DNA of 64,000 nt from Macrostomum hystrix (Eukaryota; Animalia; Platyhelminthes), in the NCBI GenBank assembly GCA_950097015.1, contig CATNEN010000041.1, positions 1,426,001-1,490,000 on the forward strand, given 5' to 3'. Numbering within the stretch: position 1 is the first letter of the stretch; every line of letters begins with the position of its first letter. The notes beneath the pieces were generated by a model that worked only from the letters and a program-made list of their open reading frames with translations, was not told the DNA's origin and searched no databases. Positions 12,566 to 24,709 of this stretch are shown here, in pieces. The position numbers were made by a program, and so were the translations under genes.

Positions 12566-14281
12566 GGATCCTAGTCATTTCGTCAACTGCCATTTCGTCA
12601 ACTGGACACATCGTCAACCCGTTCCCCGTATTGGTCGTTTCGTCAACCAACCAATAGGATACTTTCAAAGCTTGGTTATTTCGTCAACTGTTCAATGGGA
12701 CGATGTCAACTTTTTGTCACTTCGTCAACTGCCAATAATACACGCCCCGCATGAAACTTTTTTCCCGTTGCATGTTTATTCAATGCAGCCCTCCTCCTTT
12801 CTCATTCTGGGCTTGGGACCAGACAATGGCGGAGTTACTGCCACAAAGATGCAGTAATTGTATGGTAAAAAAGGAAAAATGCATTGCACAAAATCACAAA
12901 GATCACAAAGGCCACCACAAAGGTCACAAAGGCCACCACAAAGGTCACAATCAAATATAAAGCTGAAGACATGCGCAGAATGTACAGTACACTTATCCAC
13001 TTACGTACGTACTAGTCCTGCTGCTGCTGCTGCACCTGTTGCCGCTGTCTGTACGCAAACTGGGGAATGTGGCCGAGGCGCGAGCACCGGAGCAGGAATG
13101 CACGGATTGACAACTCACCAGTGCGGTACTGCGCCCAGTACCGCTCCACAGTCGTCTGCAGACGCTCGTACCGTGCTCTGTGCTGGCGCTCCTGAGCACC
13201 CTGGTGCACCAGCGCGGCATGCATTGGCACAAGCTTGGCCTCCATGTGCAGCAGGTGCAGAAGTGGGTAGAGCGTCAACTGCACTCTCTCGGCCCGCTGC
13301 TTGAGTCTCCGGTGCCAGCCCTCGACCTCGTTGTTGGTACGTATTGACTGGCCGTACACACTGACTTCGTGGACTCCGTGGACCGGGTTCGACAGCCAGG
13401 TTGCGCTCACGTACTCGGCCAGGTCCAGCAGCAGTGGCGCGTGCACACCAGCAACGATCTGCGCCAGACCCTCGCCCATGTGCTCGGCCGGCAGGTAGGG
13501 GAGCGCCATGAGCATGCGAGCGAAGTCGCGGGTGCCAGGATCTGTTAGATAGGCCTGCTGCAGGCCCAGGTGCTGCAAGCGACGAAATATCGCCTGCGCG
13601 AAGTGAAACAGGCAGCCCTGGAACCTTGCAGCCGGAAACACGGACCGTAAAGCCTGCCATGCCGCAGCTTCAAAGTCCATGACACAGACCTCCGGTGTCA
13701 AGTTGCCCAGTCCCTGTTTCAGTGCAGAGAAGACGGCAGTGTAGTCATTTACCGACTTACCTGACATTAGTGCGAAGGCCAGAGGAACCTGCTTGATTGT
13801 CGTTCCCTGTCGGATGTAGCAGTGCACCGAGTACAGCTGCTTGAATGGGGCATGCTAATTCGCATTGAGAGATTGAGAGAACATGTGTCAACGCGAGGGG
13901 CGCTGGTTTAAGTAAAAGAGACAGGGTGCACGTTGTCAGCTTAAGAGAACAGACTAGGTGTCAGCGCGAGGGGCCCTGGTTCAAGTTACAGAGACAGGGC
14001 ACGTTGTCAGTTTAGGGATGGGGGTGGCGAAGATGGATTGAGAACGTTCCGGATAATAAGTAATGATAACAAAGGTAATGTTATGTACATGTTATGACAT
14101 TTGCAAACTGTAGCTAGCCAGTTGACGAAGTAACTAACATTCTCAGGTCATTTCGTCAACTGACTGATAAAGCAATCTAAAACCTTGGTCATTTCGTCAA
14201 CTGCAAGTGAGACCACCTTAAACTGTTGGTCGATTCGTCAACCAAGTTGACGAACTGGCAGTTGACGAAATGACCAGCACC
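12566..14281 (-). mobile_element. Mutator-like (MULE) DNA transposon, 5'-internally deleted, about 1.7 kb
   Basis: Imperfect TIRs: left GGATCCTAGTCATTTCGTCAACTGCC; right (reverse complement) GGGTGCTGGTCATTTCGTCAACTGCC. Each ~170-bp arm carries reiterated TTCGTCAAC motifs. Flanking direct repeat CGTTCAAGC at 12557-12565 and 14282-14290 (9-bp TSD, or 8 bp if the last C belongs to the TIR). Internal MULE transposase ORF. Confidence 0.92.
13012..13854 (-). CDS. MULE transposase, C-terminal ~280 aa only (first catalytic Asp and DNA-binding domain absent)
   Basis: Motifs [21 protein letters not shown] (second Asp), GCLFHFAQA (CxxH) and [10 protein letters not shown] (Glu). The frame is open from 13854 and preceded by an in-frame TAG; no DGTF motif lies upstream within the element. 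Confidence 0.85.
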   Translation of the reverse strand, partial: HAPFKQLYSVHCYIRQGTTIKQVPLAFALMSGKSVNDYTAVFSALKQGLGNLTPEVCVMDFEAAAWQALRSVFPAARFQGCLFHFAQAIFRRLQHLGLQQAYLTDPGTRDFARMLMALPYLPAEHMGEGLAQIVAGVHAPLLLDLAEYVSATWLSNPVHGVHEVSVYGQSIRTNNEVEGWHRRLKQRAERVQLTLYPLLHLLHMEAKLVPMHAALVHQGAQERQHRARYERLQTTVERYWAQYRTGELSIRAFLLRCSRLGHIPQFAYRQRQQVQQQQQD

Positions 14282-15005
14282 CGTTCAAGCAGATCTTACT
14301 ATTTTTTTTATCTTACTTGGATTTTTCAAGCAGACTGGGTTAAATCACAGATCTTACTGGATGAACTAAGCTGGCAAAGATTTAGCTGATATTCATCAGT
14401 TTTTATCGCCTTTATAGTTTTTGTGAGTATGTTGCTAAGTAGTTGTAGCCTTCATTTCTTAGTCTGGTGATAATCAGCTCTTGCTATTGTATTAGTCATT
14501 TTAAGTTGATAGGCCTTTTGAATGCTGATGCTGTCCACTAATTAAAAAGTTAGATTTTACACAATCAGGAGTTATTTAAACCAAATGTATAGGATTTATA
14601 ATTCAGTGATATAATTATAAATTCTTGTTAAAATTTGGCTTTATATATATTGTACAACTCCTGTACAACACTTTCTATTTTTATGTTGTCTTAATCAAAT
14701 AACTGTATCATACCAATTGATATTTTATTCCCTAAAAGAGAATTACAGCTATATAAGGCTTTTATAGGCTTTTTGTCCTAACTTTTTAGCCATCTGCCTA
14801 ATATTTTTCTGTTATTATTGCATGTAGTGTATTATTGGTGTAGTGTAGTGTAGTGTATTGGTACAATAAGCAAATTTTATGTGCAAATAGTGCCAAGTTT
14901 TTCCATATGGATCCAGGCAAATAATGCCCTGCATGCCAGCCAAGGGAATGCCCATCTCTCTAACATTTATTAATTGTATTTAAATACAATCACAAGTATT
15001 TTCAT

Positions 15006-15390
15006 GGGGTCAGTGGCAGAAGGGTTATGTATTTGCCTCTTGCACCAAGGTCCCTAAGTTCAATTCTAATGGCAAGGCCACATTTATTTGGGGCACAGCT
15101 GTGGAGAGAAGGCTTTGGGGCTATCATACAATTTGTGTCCTTGAGGGCCAACCACCAAGGCACAGTGAAGTGTATATTGCCTGACAATGAGAAAACCAGC
15201 GCAGATATACACACCAGTGTGAGCAACAGTGTATGCCTGTGTACAGTATCTGTGTGTGTGTGCTCAGGAGTCAGTGAAATGGGCAGAATTGCCTCTGCTG
15301 GCTGCAGGTCTGGTGCATGTCTGGTGCCACAAAATCATGTACCATTGCCTGCAGCTCTTCTACAATTATTATTATTATTATTACTATCAA
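15006..15390 (+). mobile_element. tRNA-derived SINE, family 1 (CpG-decayed copy) with (ATT)n tail
   Basis: Head GGGGTCAGTGGCAGA... with A/B-box-like motifs; aligns by eye with the copies at 34592-34820 (-) and 53139-53570 (+). Confidence 0.75.
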
Positions 15391-15689
15391 AAATATTTAA
15401 AACAAACAAAAATAAAAGTTTTATCCTTTCTCATTTCTCAATATTTGTTTCATATTTAACTTCTAATATTTCTATTGCAAAATAATATTTTTTGCATACA
15501 AAACTTAAGAGGCTGAAAACCTGAGAAACAACATTAAATTTTTCACTTTGTAATGGACAATTTGGTAACAATTGGTATGGTTCAAACCAGTAAACATGGA
15601 AAGACAGTTTAGCAGTATGTATTCACTACAATTGTTAATTTGGTCCAAAAATTAGATTATAAAGTAAATGTTCCCAAAGTTCATGCATA

Positions 15690-15782
15690 GCTGCTGTAGG
15701 CTCATGTATAGCTATTGCAGGCTTATATGTAGCTGTTGTAGGCTCATGTGTAGCTGTTACAAGCTCATGCATAGCTGCTACT
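15690..15782. repeat. Degenerate 21-bp tandem repeat (TGTAGCTGTTGTAGGCTCATG)
   Basis: About 4 copies visible. Confidence 0.7.
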
Positions 15783-16508
15783 ACTTTGCAAAATAGGCAT
15801 AACCAATCAAATCTGGTTATGATTGATCACATCCAATCATCATTTGATCAAGACCTGATAATTGGTAGGCAAAAGCAAAGCTTACTATTTTATAATAAGA
15901 TCAGAGACAATTACTGGAGACAGCACTATACTAGCTACTGTACTTATATTTACTGAATCACTAATACACTATGATGCATTTACCAGTCAAGCAGGTGCAA
16001 TGTACAGACTGGCCATACTGGTCATACTCTAGCCTATGCTGCTGTCTCAACTGGGCATGAGTATGCAAGGCAAGTCATAAAATTCCAATTTTTAGTTTAT
16101 GAAGAAACAAAAATTTAGCAGTACCACAGTGTGACTAACTTTTAGCTAGCTAAATCAAACACACCTTTTTTTGAATTGAATTGAGTGACTTATGTAAAAA
16201 TTTTGTTTATGTACATTCCTTTGGTGATTGCATACATTGAACCTACATTGGCTGCATGATTGGCTAGTTTGGAATTTTGTTTTAATATGCCTGTGCTAGT
16301 CAATTGAAAAGGTTTCTGTCAGCTTCTCACCAACTTTTTTGCTATCTAGCATTGTTACCAAACTATCTATACCTTGTTACCAAACTGTCCATACCTTGTT
16401 ACCAAACTTTCAATTATCACATTTTCTGTAACTGAAATGTCTGTTACCAAAATGTCAGTTGCCAAATTTGTCTGTGCCCTGGCAATCTTGGTCCTAAACA
16501 GTATATAC

Positions 16509-17277
16509 CAGTGTTGGGTGCATTACATGTTACTAGTTACTAATTTGGTAATGATTTTGTTTTAACACAGTCTGGTAGCAAAAAAGATAGTAACAAATCA
16601 TTACCAACAGTGTGCATTTACTGTTGCCTGTTTTCATTACCAGTTTCCAAAAAGAATGCAATAAGTAATTAGCAGCACTGAAAATTATTTCTTTTGCTGC
16701 ATTTAAAATTGTCTATATTTTCAAATTACAGGTATAAAAATAGTAACATTTTTATAATTAGCTACTATATCTTTTAATTTTTTAGTTTCGCATTGATACA
16801 TTTTGCATTCCTTTGATTAGATTTTTTATCTTTTTTTGCAACATTCAAATTTTGCAAAAAAATATTTGTCAATCCATTGACTGACTATTGTATGTTACTT
16901 TAGTCTGACAAAAATTTTTTTTTGTCATCAATCATCAATATTATAAATATAATCTAAAATCTTCATGTAATCTTCTGATGGCTGCTAAACCCAAGACAAA
17001 ATGGTCAAGATCAGTGAGAGTGATACTGATAACAGAGTCTTAAAGGTGGACAATGTTGGAGATTACAACACATAATATAAGTAATGGCCAATAAACAAAG
17101 CTACAGATATTTATAACACACTTACATAAAAAGTGTAGAATAAATAAAATTAACTATTAAAAGTAACAATCATTACTAGTTTTTGTATTTTTTATTACCC
17201 AATTTTTCTGTTACCAAATGGTCAGTAACAATCATTACCACCATTGCTTTACTTTTTTGGTAATGCACCCAACACTG
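16509..17277. mobile_element. Non-autonomous hAT-superfamily element (MITE-like), 769 bp
   Basis: Perfect 18-bp TIR CAGTGTTGGGTGCATTAC. 8-bp TSD GTATATAC at 16501-16508 and 17278-17285. Subterminal GTAAC/GTTAC motifs; no ORF. Confidence 0.9.
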
Positions 17278-18203
17278 GTATATACAAAAATGTGTTAAAC
17301 CTTTTTTGTATATGATATATACAGAAGCAAAATAAAATCCATTATATGTACATTAGTAGTTAGACAGAAACAATAGTACAAGGTAAAAAAATGTGTTTAA
17401 GCCATTGAATTTGTGTTGAATTATAATGAAAGTTGAAGTTTTAAGTTTTGAGCCCAATAAATAAATCATAAAATGATTAGTTGAAATTGTAGAAAGTATA
17501 CATTGTTTTCTTTTATTTTGTTCTGTTTTGTTTTGTGTTGTTCTTTTGTTTTATAAAAAATGATACCCACTTAATATTAGTTTGTCTTTAGAGATCTTTA
17601 CATTTTAGGAAATGTGAAGGACTGCTCTAGAACTCCTTGCCCATGGTGATTAGTGAATATTAATGAGTCCAAATACTCCAAGTCCAAGATTGAAACTCAG
17701 AATTTTTTGTTCTGCAAGATAAGAATTCTTGATTGTAAAATAAAAAAGGAAGAAATTCACATAAATTTATTAATGTTTGTGGATTTAGCCTATTAAATAT
17801 ACAAGTAGATAAAAAAAGTAGTTGTTGTATTACAAAGAGCATATATATATACGACTAGTTGTCAAATAGGCATACTTTTCGTAGGTTAACTGCATACTAC
17901 AAACATGTGAAATTGTAAACATAGTTCATAGTAGATTGGTTTTTTAACCACTCACTAATGATCTAGTAGTATTTTTTGTAATTTTTATAAAGACATTGTC
18001 CTATTCCTTTTGTACTTTATAAACTTGTATGGTATAAAGCAATATTTAGATCTTGTGCAAAGTATATATTTTACACTTTTTACAAATGTTGTTTAAGTAC
18101 TAGATTTATTGAGTTAGTTTACAGTACATACTTTATATATCTTAGCTCTATGTTTTCTTTTTTCCCTTGAAAAAAGATTGTGTATGAATAGAACTCGCTG
18201 CAA

Positions 18204-18500
18204 GAGGTTGTAGCCTAGTTGTTAGAGTGTCTGATTCAAAACTTGAAGGTCGGGGGTTTGAGTGCCGACTCCACTGGAACAATTTGTGTCCTTTAGCTAG
18301 AAATTTAACTCTGCATTGCTTCAGTTCACCCAGCTGTTAAATGGGTACCAGTACTAGCTGGGGTAATTGAGGGTGGGTGTGTTGTCCTCCCAGTCCATGG
18401 ACTGAACAGCTGTACAGTCTTCAGATGCCCCATGCAATAGCTGTGGCTGCATATCTGGCCCAGTTGGGGCAGGTGTAGTCAATTATTATTATTATTATTT
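18204..18500 (+). mobile_element. tRNA-derived SINE, family 2 (CpG-decayed copy) with (ATT)n tail
   Basis: tRNA-like head; central TGTCCTTTAGC...CAGTTCACCCAGCTGTTAAATGGGTACC block reminiscent of the CORE domain; colinear with 51380-51672. Confidence 0.75.
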
Positions 18501-19169
18501 GTTGATAATTATTATCTAATACTATGACTAAGATTGTCAATAACTTTAACACATGACACCTGAGGATAAAAGCAAAAATAGCTTATAGCTTATACTTATC
18601 TTATACTGTTTATAAGCTTAGATAACCGTAGATAAAATGAAAGAATCAGCTTAAATAGCTTGATAATAAATTTCTCCAATACATTTCGGTCTGTCATGGG
18701 TTGTCTTCTGTGGGAGCAGTATTTTTCGCACACAAATATTTATAAGAAAGAAAAAATAGAACAAGTATTAACTGTACAATGTAAAGTTTAAAAATAAGTT
18801 TTCCAACTTTCCCACTTTTTTTCATGCAATACTTACTTCAGTCACATAAGAGTTTTTTATTATCTAGTTCTTTTTTATATTAGCATAGGGTTGCAGCTAT
18901 ACTTGGGTATTAAAAGTAAACTTTATTAGTTTCAAGGTATCGCATGTCTGATGTCTGCTCGATAATTTCAGGCAATAAGTTGCTAACCGGCGGTCCAGCG
19001 CAGTAGTAGAAACAGCAGCAGCAGCAGCAGCAGCTTCACCTGTGCCCACGAAGCCAGAGCCGGTCATTCCCAAATCTGCACCGTCCCAAAGACCAGTCTG
19101 CGCCGCCCCTTCAGCTCAGAGCCCCATCTTGTCTCGTCTCATCCAGGCATTCACAGTCGCACTCCTCAA

Positions 19170-21455
19170 ATGGACCCCCGTCTTGTGCAGCTGTACCAGC
19201 AACAACACCAAGACCTGAACTCGGCCGCCCTAAAACTCTGGGCTCACGTGTTCAAGAAGAGTCAGACAGACAGCCTGTTGAATGCGCCGCACCTGCCCAC
19301 GCTGGCGCCGCTGATGGGCAATCCGCAGGAATTGCAGGCGGCACTGCGCGAATTTCAGCAGCACCAGTTGGCTGTGCAGCAGCAGCAGCACCTCGGTCGC
19401 CTGCTGTTGAACAGTCCCGCCTATCTTGCCGTGTCTCTGGCCGCTGGCGTCGGCGGTGTGGGCGGCATCGGCAGCGTCGGCGGTGGCTCCTCGGACCAAT
19501 CAGACGAATCAGAGGATGGCAACTCAAGCTGTGGAGGCGGCGGCAGCGGTGGCGGCGCCAGCACCCCGCCATCGGAGCCGTCCAGCGTCGGGTGCGGTGG
19601 TGGCTTCAACAGACGCCGCTACCACGGTCGCTGGCCGCACTGCTACACTGGCAACAATAATTATTATGGCAAGCACCAGGCCCGGATGGCAGGGCAACAT
19701 CTGCATCATCAGCAGGCTGTCAATCAGCCGGTTGCTTTAAAAACAGCAGCCACAGCGGCTGCGGCAGCCTGGCTCTGTCCGGAGCGGCGTCAGCTTTGCC
19801 AGGGGCCGCAGGGGCTGCACGAAGAGCTGCTGCTGTTTCACCAGTGGATTTCACCAACGCCAGAGGAGGCGGCCATGCGGGCCAGTGTGAGTTTCTTTTG
19901 GCATATTTTTTTAGCTCGGTAGTTTTATTTATATGCGAATGAAAATTGTGCCTGTCACATCAGGGCGCTTGGTATCTGGGCGGCTGGGTTGGTCAAGCCG
20001 TCTATTAGACTTTGTTTAACTCTTAACGCAAATTTTAACTAATTAAATATAAAAGCATAGCAAACTAAAACGAATGTGTAATTTTCAGCGAGTTATGTAT
20101 TTTCGGCAGGAAGAGTATCATTTTCTGCCGATCCCAGCTCACTTACCAACTAATCAACCCAATACTCTAAGCCGCGCATCCCCCAAACTCGCTCCCGCCA
20201 GGTTGTGGACCGGGTTCGCCGCCTGGTCAGCCAGCAGTGGCCCGAGGCCAAACTCGAATTATTCGGCAGTTTCCGCACAGGCCTTTATTTACCAATGTCC
20301 GATATCGATCTGGTGCTGTTTGGCGACTGGGAGTCGCCGCCCCTCCGTCGTCTGGCCCGACTGCTGCGAGATAGCGGCTCTTGCGGCGAGATCAAAGTGC
20401 TGGACAGGGCCAGCGTGCCCATTGTTAAAGCGACAGACGCAGCTAGCGGGCTCACCGTGGACATCAGCTTCAACATGCCTAACAGTGTGCGGGCTGCCGG
20501 TCTCATCGAGGACTTTGTGCGCCAGTTCCCCTGCTTGCCCCACCTGGTCATTGTGCTGAAGCAGTTCTTGCTGCAGAGAAATCTTAACGAAGTCTGGACA
20601 GGCGGCATCTCCTCCTACTCACTGACGCTCATGATTGTGTCCTTCCTGCAGCAGCACACTGGCTCCGACTTGTCCCGACCGGCTGCCGAGGTCGATCTCG
20701 GACAGCTGCTGGTGGAATTCTTTGAACTATACGGCTGCAGATTCGACTACCTGAACACCGGCATCCGGGTGAAGGACGGCGGCGCTCACCTGCCCAAGGA
20801 GCAGCTGGACTTCGAGCCTGGCCTTAGGCCCTCGGTCTTGTGCATCGAGGACCCTCTGACTCCGGGCAACGACATCGGCAGAAGCTCCTACGGGGCGCTG
20901 CAGGTACTGTCATTGTCCACTGCCTGCTTCCTGACTTTGATATAGTCTTTGTTCCCGATTTTCTTTCATCTCCGCCCTGGCGGTCCCGATCTCGCCCCTC
21001 CCTCACCAATGCAGGTGAAGCAGGCCTTCTACTCGGCCTACTGGTGCCTGAGCAACTCGGCTCTGCAGCTGCTGCCAGCCAGCGGCGCTGGGGTGGCAGC
21101 GTCAGCCGCCGCCTATTCGCCTCTGTCCCGAATCATCAGAGTCTCCGACGACGTTCTGCGCTACCGGGCCTGGGTGCGCCAGAACTTCCCCGTGCCGGCG
21201 CCGCCCCCGCCGCCGCCCACGCCTCCTCAGCTTCCGCCCGCGCAATCAGCTGAGCCGATGGACCTTCCGGTGTCCCCGTCACCGCCGCCTCCAGCACCGC
21301 CGCTGCCTCCGCGGCCGTCATATGCGTCGGTGGCTAAGCGACCTCCGCCACTTCGCCGCGGCAGTGGCGGCAGCAACAGTAGCAGCAGCAGTGTCGGCAG
21401 CTCGGAGTCGTCGCCGAGGTCGGCACCGCCCCAGTTGGCGATTGCCAGTGGGTGA
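19170..21455 (+). CDS. TENT4: Non-canonical poly(A) polymerase TENT4 (PAPD5/PAPD7, Trf4 family), 619 aa; exons 19170-19886, 20202-20903, 21015-21455
   Basis: LHEELLLFHQWISPTPEEAAMRAS|VVDRV...LFGSFRTGLYLPMSDIDLV (nucleotidyltransferase GS and DxD motifs), GGISSYSL, LCIEDPLTPGNDIGRSSYGALQ|VKQAF. Both introns are GT-AG and phase 0. The N-terminal MDPR...LW resembles TENT4A. Confidence 0.96.
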
Positions 21456-22961
21456 CCCTTTTGTCTGCTGCAAGCCTTGCCTTAAATATTCGCCTTTGTG
21501 GGGCTGGTTTGAAGCACGTTCAGTTCTGATGCCAAAGGGTTTGGAAGGGTTTTCACTTTCTTGGGATGCACACGAAGCCATTGTATTTGCATTAATTTCT
21601 GGCATCATGAAAATGCGACTTGGGATTTCCCTGAAATCTATTTTTATATTGACATTTGAATTAGGAAAGCCAAACTCGGCAGTGTATTTCGCCTTGCTTT
21701 GCCATGGCCCGCTCTGTTTATTTATTCATATTAAATCTATCAGTGCGCAAATGCGACTTGTATTTGGTATACTTGGCGTATCCGAGATTTCCTGTTATCC
21801 TGTTAACGCAGTTGCTCGTTTATCTGATTTGACAGATTGCATAACTGAGATTGTTTCCTCGTACCAGTTTCTTCGCCGGCAAAGCTTGAGACCTGTACAA
21901 GCAAATTTCCAGCTGCCTAGCTGTCAAATCTGGTGAAGCATCAAATCATTAAAGCGATCTCAAATTGTTCTCTAGTGAACCCTGAGTCAATTTTCACTAG
22001 CAGGTCTCTAAGCCTCCAAGGCACTTTTAGTTGGTTTTTGTACAGATCTGAGCTAATGCGCGTTTCAGTGAATCATTCATTATTTTTGGCATAAAGTTAT
22101 CCTCTATTCACATATTTTTCTGTGAATTGACAGAGTAGAAAATCTGTGTTTGTTAGCTATTTAATTTTACTCCCGTGTTTCTTCCCTGCTCCTGTGCTTA
22201 GGAAGCATCCAGCACCTAGCAACCAATCAGAAACAACCTAGCAAATAAGTTTCCCGTACATGTTAAACATTAGCAAATTTCTATATGGTGCGGGAAAGCC
22301 TGTCGGAAGCCTTTCCTGGCCTTGTAGATTGCTTGTTATAATTTGTATTTATTTGAAAACATCCTAGCCAACTCTGTGTAACTACCTGTGTTGCTTACAT
22401 GCCAGCCTTGAACTACTGCAACCAGCCACCCCAGCCTCAGTGCTATTTACTTATTTAATTATTTGTTTCATAAAATCACTGCCTCTGGCTTGCTTTCCTT
22501 CTAGAAATCTATTTCAAACTATTAGCCTAAGAAATATGCTCTATTTTGTTTGTTTGTCTGTTTAGTCCACAACTCACACTGCTCAAACTGAATGTACTCT
22601 AAACTAATCTAGTTATTCTCAGCTATTGCTTTTAGCCGGCAAGCCTTTCCTTTGTAGTGCGTCAGACAGAGCGTCCCAAGCCCTGTACTATTCGCTATTA
22701 TTTTCTGTACAGGACTAGCTCGTACTTTGCCGCAGTGTAAGTAACTATTTAAAATCTTATCCGCCCAGCTGGGCTTGTGTTTTTGCGATTGTCGTTCAAT
22801 TAGTTTGACCCTGGATTCAAGCCCTGTGCAGCGAGCGAGTAGATATTGCTGCGCGTAGAATGCCATCCCGACCTCTTAATCAGCGCCAATAATACTAACG
22901 ACTATTTCTGAGGTGAAGGCCTGATCTGAAAGGTCACATCTTAGTCTCATCTTAGAGTGCC

Positions 22962-23470
22962 ATCCCTATTGCTGGAGGGACATGCCTATCTCTTGAGTGA
23001 CATCCCTATTGCTAGAGGGACATGCCTATCTCTGGAGTGACATCCCTATCTTTGGAGTGACATGCCTATCTCTGGAGTGACATGCCTATCTCTGGAGTGA
23101 CATCCCTATCTCTGGAGTGACATCCCTATCTTTGGAGTGACATGCCTATCTCTGGAGTGACATGCCTATCTCTGGAGTGACATCCCTATCTCTGGAGTGA
23201 CATCCCTATCTCTGGAGTGACATCCCTATCTTTGGAGTGACATGCCTATCTCTGGAGTGACATGCCTATCTCTGGAGTGACATCCCTATCTCTGGAGTGA
23301 CATGCCTATCTCTGGAGTGACATCCCTATCTCTGGAGTGAAATCCCTATCTCTGGAGTGACATCCCTATCTCAGGAGTGACATGCCTATCTCTGGAGTTA
23401 CACCCCTGTCTCTGGAGTGACACCCATATCCCTGAAGTGGCACCTCACCCTGAAGTGACACCCCTAACTC
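22962..23470. repeat. 20-bp minisatellite (GAGTGACAT[C/G]CCTATCTCTG)n
   Basis: Read directly; degenerate at both edges. Confidence 0.95.
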
Positions 23471-23989
23471 TGAAGAGACGGAAACTTTAAGGAATATTCC
23501 TGGAGTAAAGCCCCAGCTTAATCTACAGAGTGTTATCCTCTTGAAATCAGAAATGGCATCCTAAGAGCATATAGTACTCGCAGCAGCAGCATATGAGAAC
23601 TAAATGTTAGAACACACGCTTCCGTTATTATGGTTTGTCAGTCTCGCTGCCCGCTGTGTCTGAGGGGCTGAATCCCGGCGTCTGTATCTATTTAAATGCG
23701 TTTATCAAAGCGCTGACAATTTTTGTACGCGCGCCCTTTGGGTTTGCAAGGCCACCTGAAAGTCTGTGCCTGTCCTAATTTTGTCCACCATTTTAGTCTC
23801 TCTTCCATTAACAGCTTCTGCCCAATTTAAACCGTCTGTGCTCTGTGCTCTATTCATCTAGCTTTGCTCCTGCTCCGCGCTTTCTGGCTAAAGAAATTAT
23901 CTTTTTTCCTCACCTGCTTGTTTTGTCTCCAGTTTATTTATTTGACTGCTTCAGTCAGCAGAACCGGTTTGGTTTGACTGTCAACTCGA

Positions 23990-24709
23990 CCCTGCACCAT
24001 CCCTTCATTTATCCCTGCACCCATCCCTTCATTCATCCCTGCACCATCCCTTCACCGTCCCTACATTCATACCTGCACAGTCCCTACATTCATACCTGCA
24101 CAGTCCCTACATTCATACCTGCACACTCCCTGCATTCATACCTGCACAGTCCCTACATTCATACCTGCACAGTCCCTACATTCATACCTGCACAGTCCCT
24201 ACATTCATACCTGCACAGTCCCTACATTCATACCTGCACAGTCCCTACATTCATACCTGCACAGTCCCTGCATTCATACCTGAACAGTCCCTACATTCAT
24301 ACCTGCACAGTCCCTACATTCATACCTGCACAGTCCCTACATTCATACCTGCACAGTCCCCTACATTCATACCTGCACAGTCCCTACATTCATACCTGCA
24401 CAGTCCTTACATTCATACCTGCACAGTCCCTACATTCATACCTGCACAGTCCCTACATTCATACCTGCACAGTCCCTACATTCATACCTGCACAGTCCTT
24501 ACATTCATACCTGCACAGTCCCTACATTCATACCTGCACAGTCCCTGCATTCATACCTGCACAGTCCCTGCATTCATACCTGCACAGTCCCTACATTCAT
24601 ACCTGAACAGTCCCTACATTCATACCTGCACAGTCCCTACATTCATACCTGCACAGTCCCTACATTCATACCTGCACCATCCCTACATTCATACCTGCAC
24701 CATCCCTGC
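23990..24709. repeat. 23-bp minisatellite (CACAGTCCCTACATTCATACCTG)n
   Basis: Read directly; explains the ORF at 23845-24606. Confidence 0.95.
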
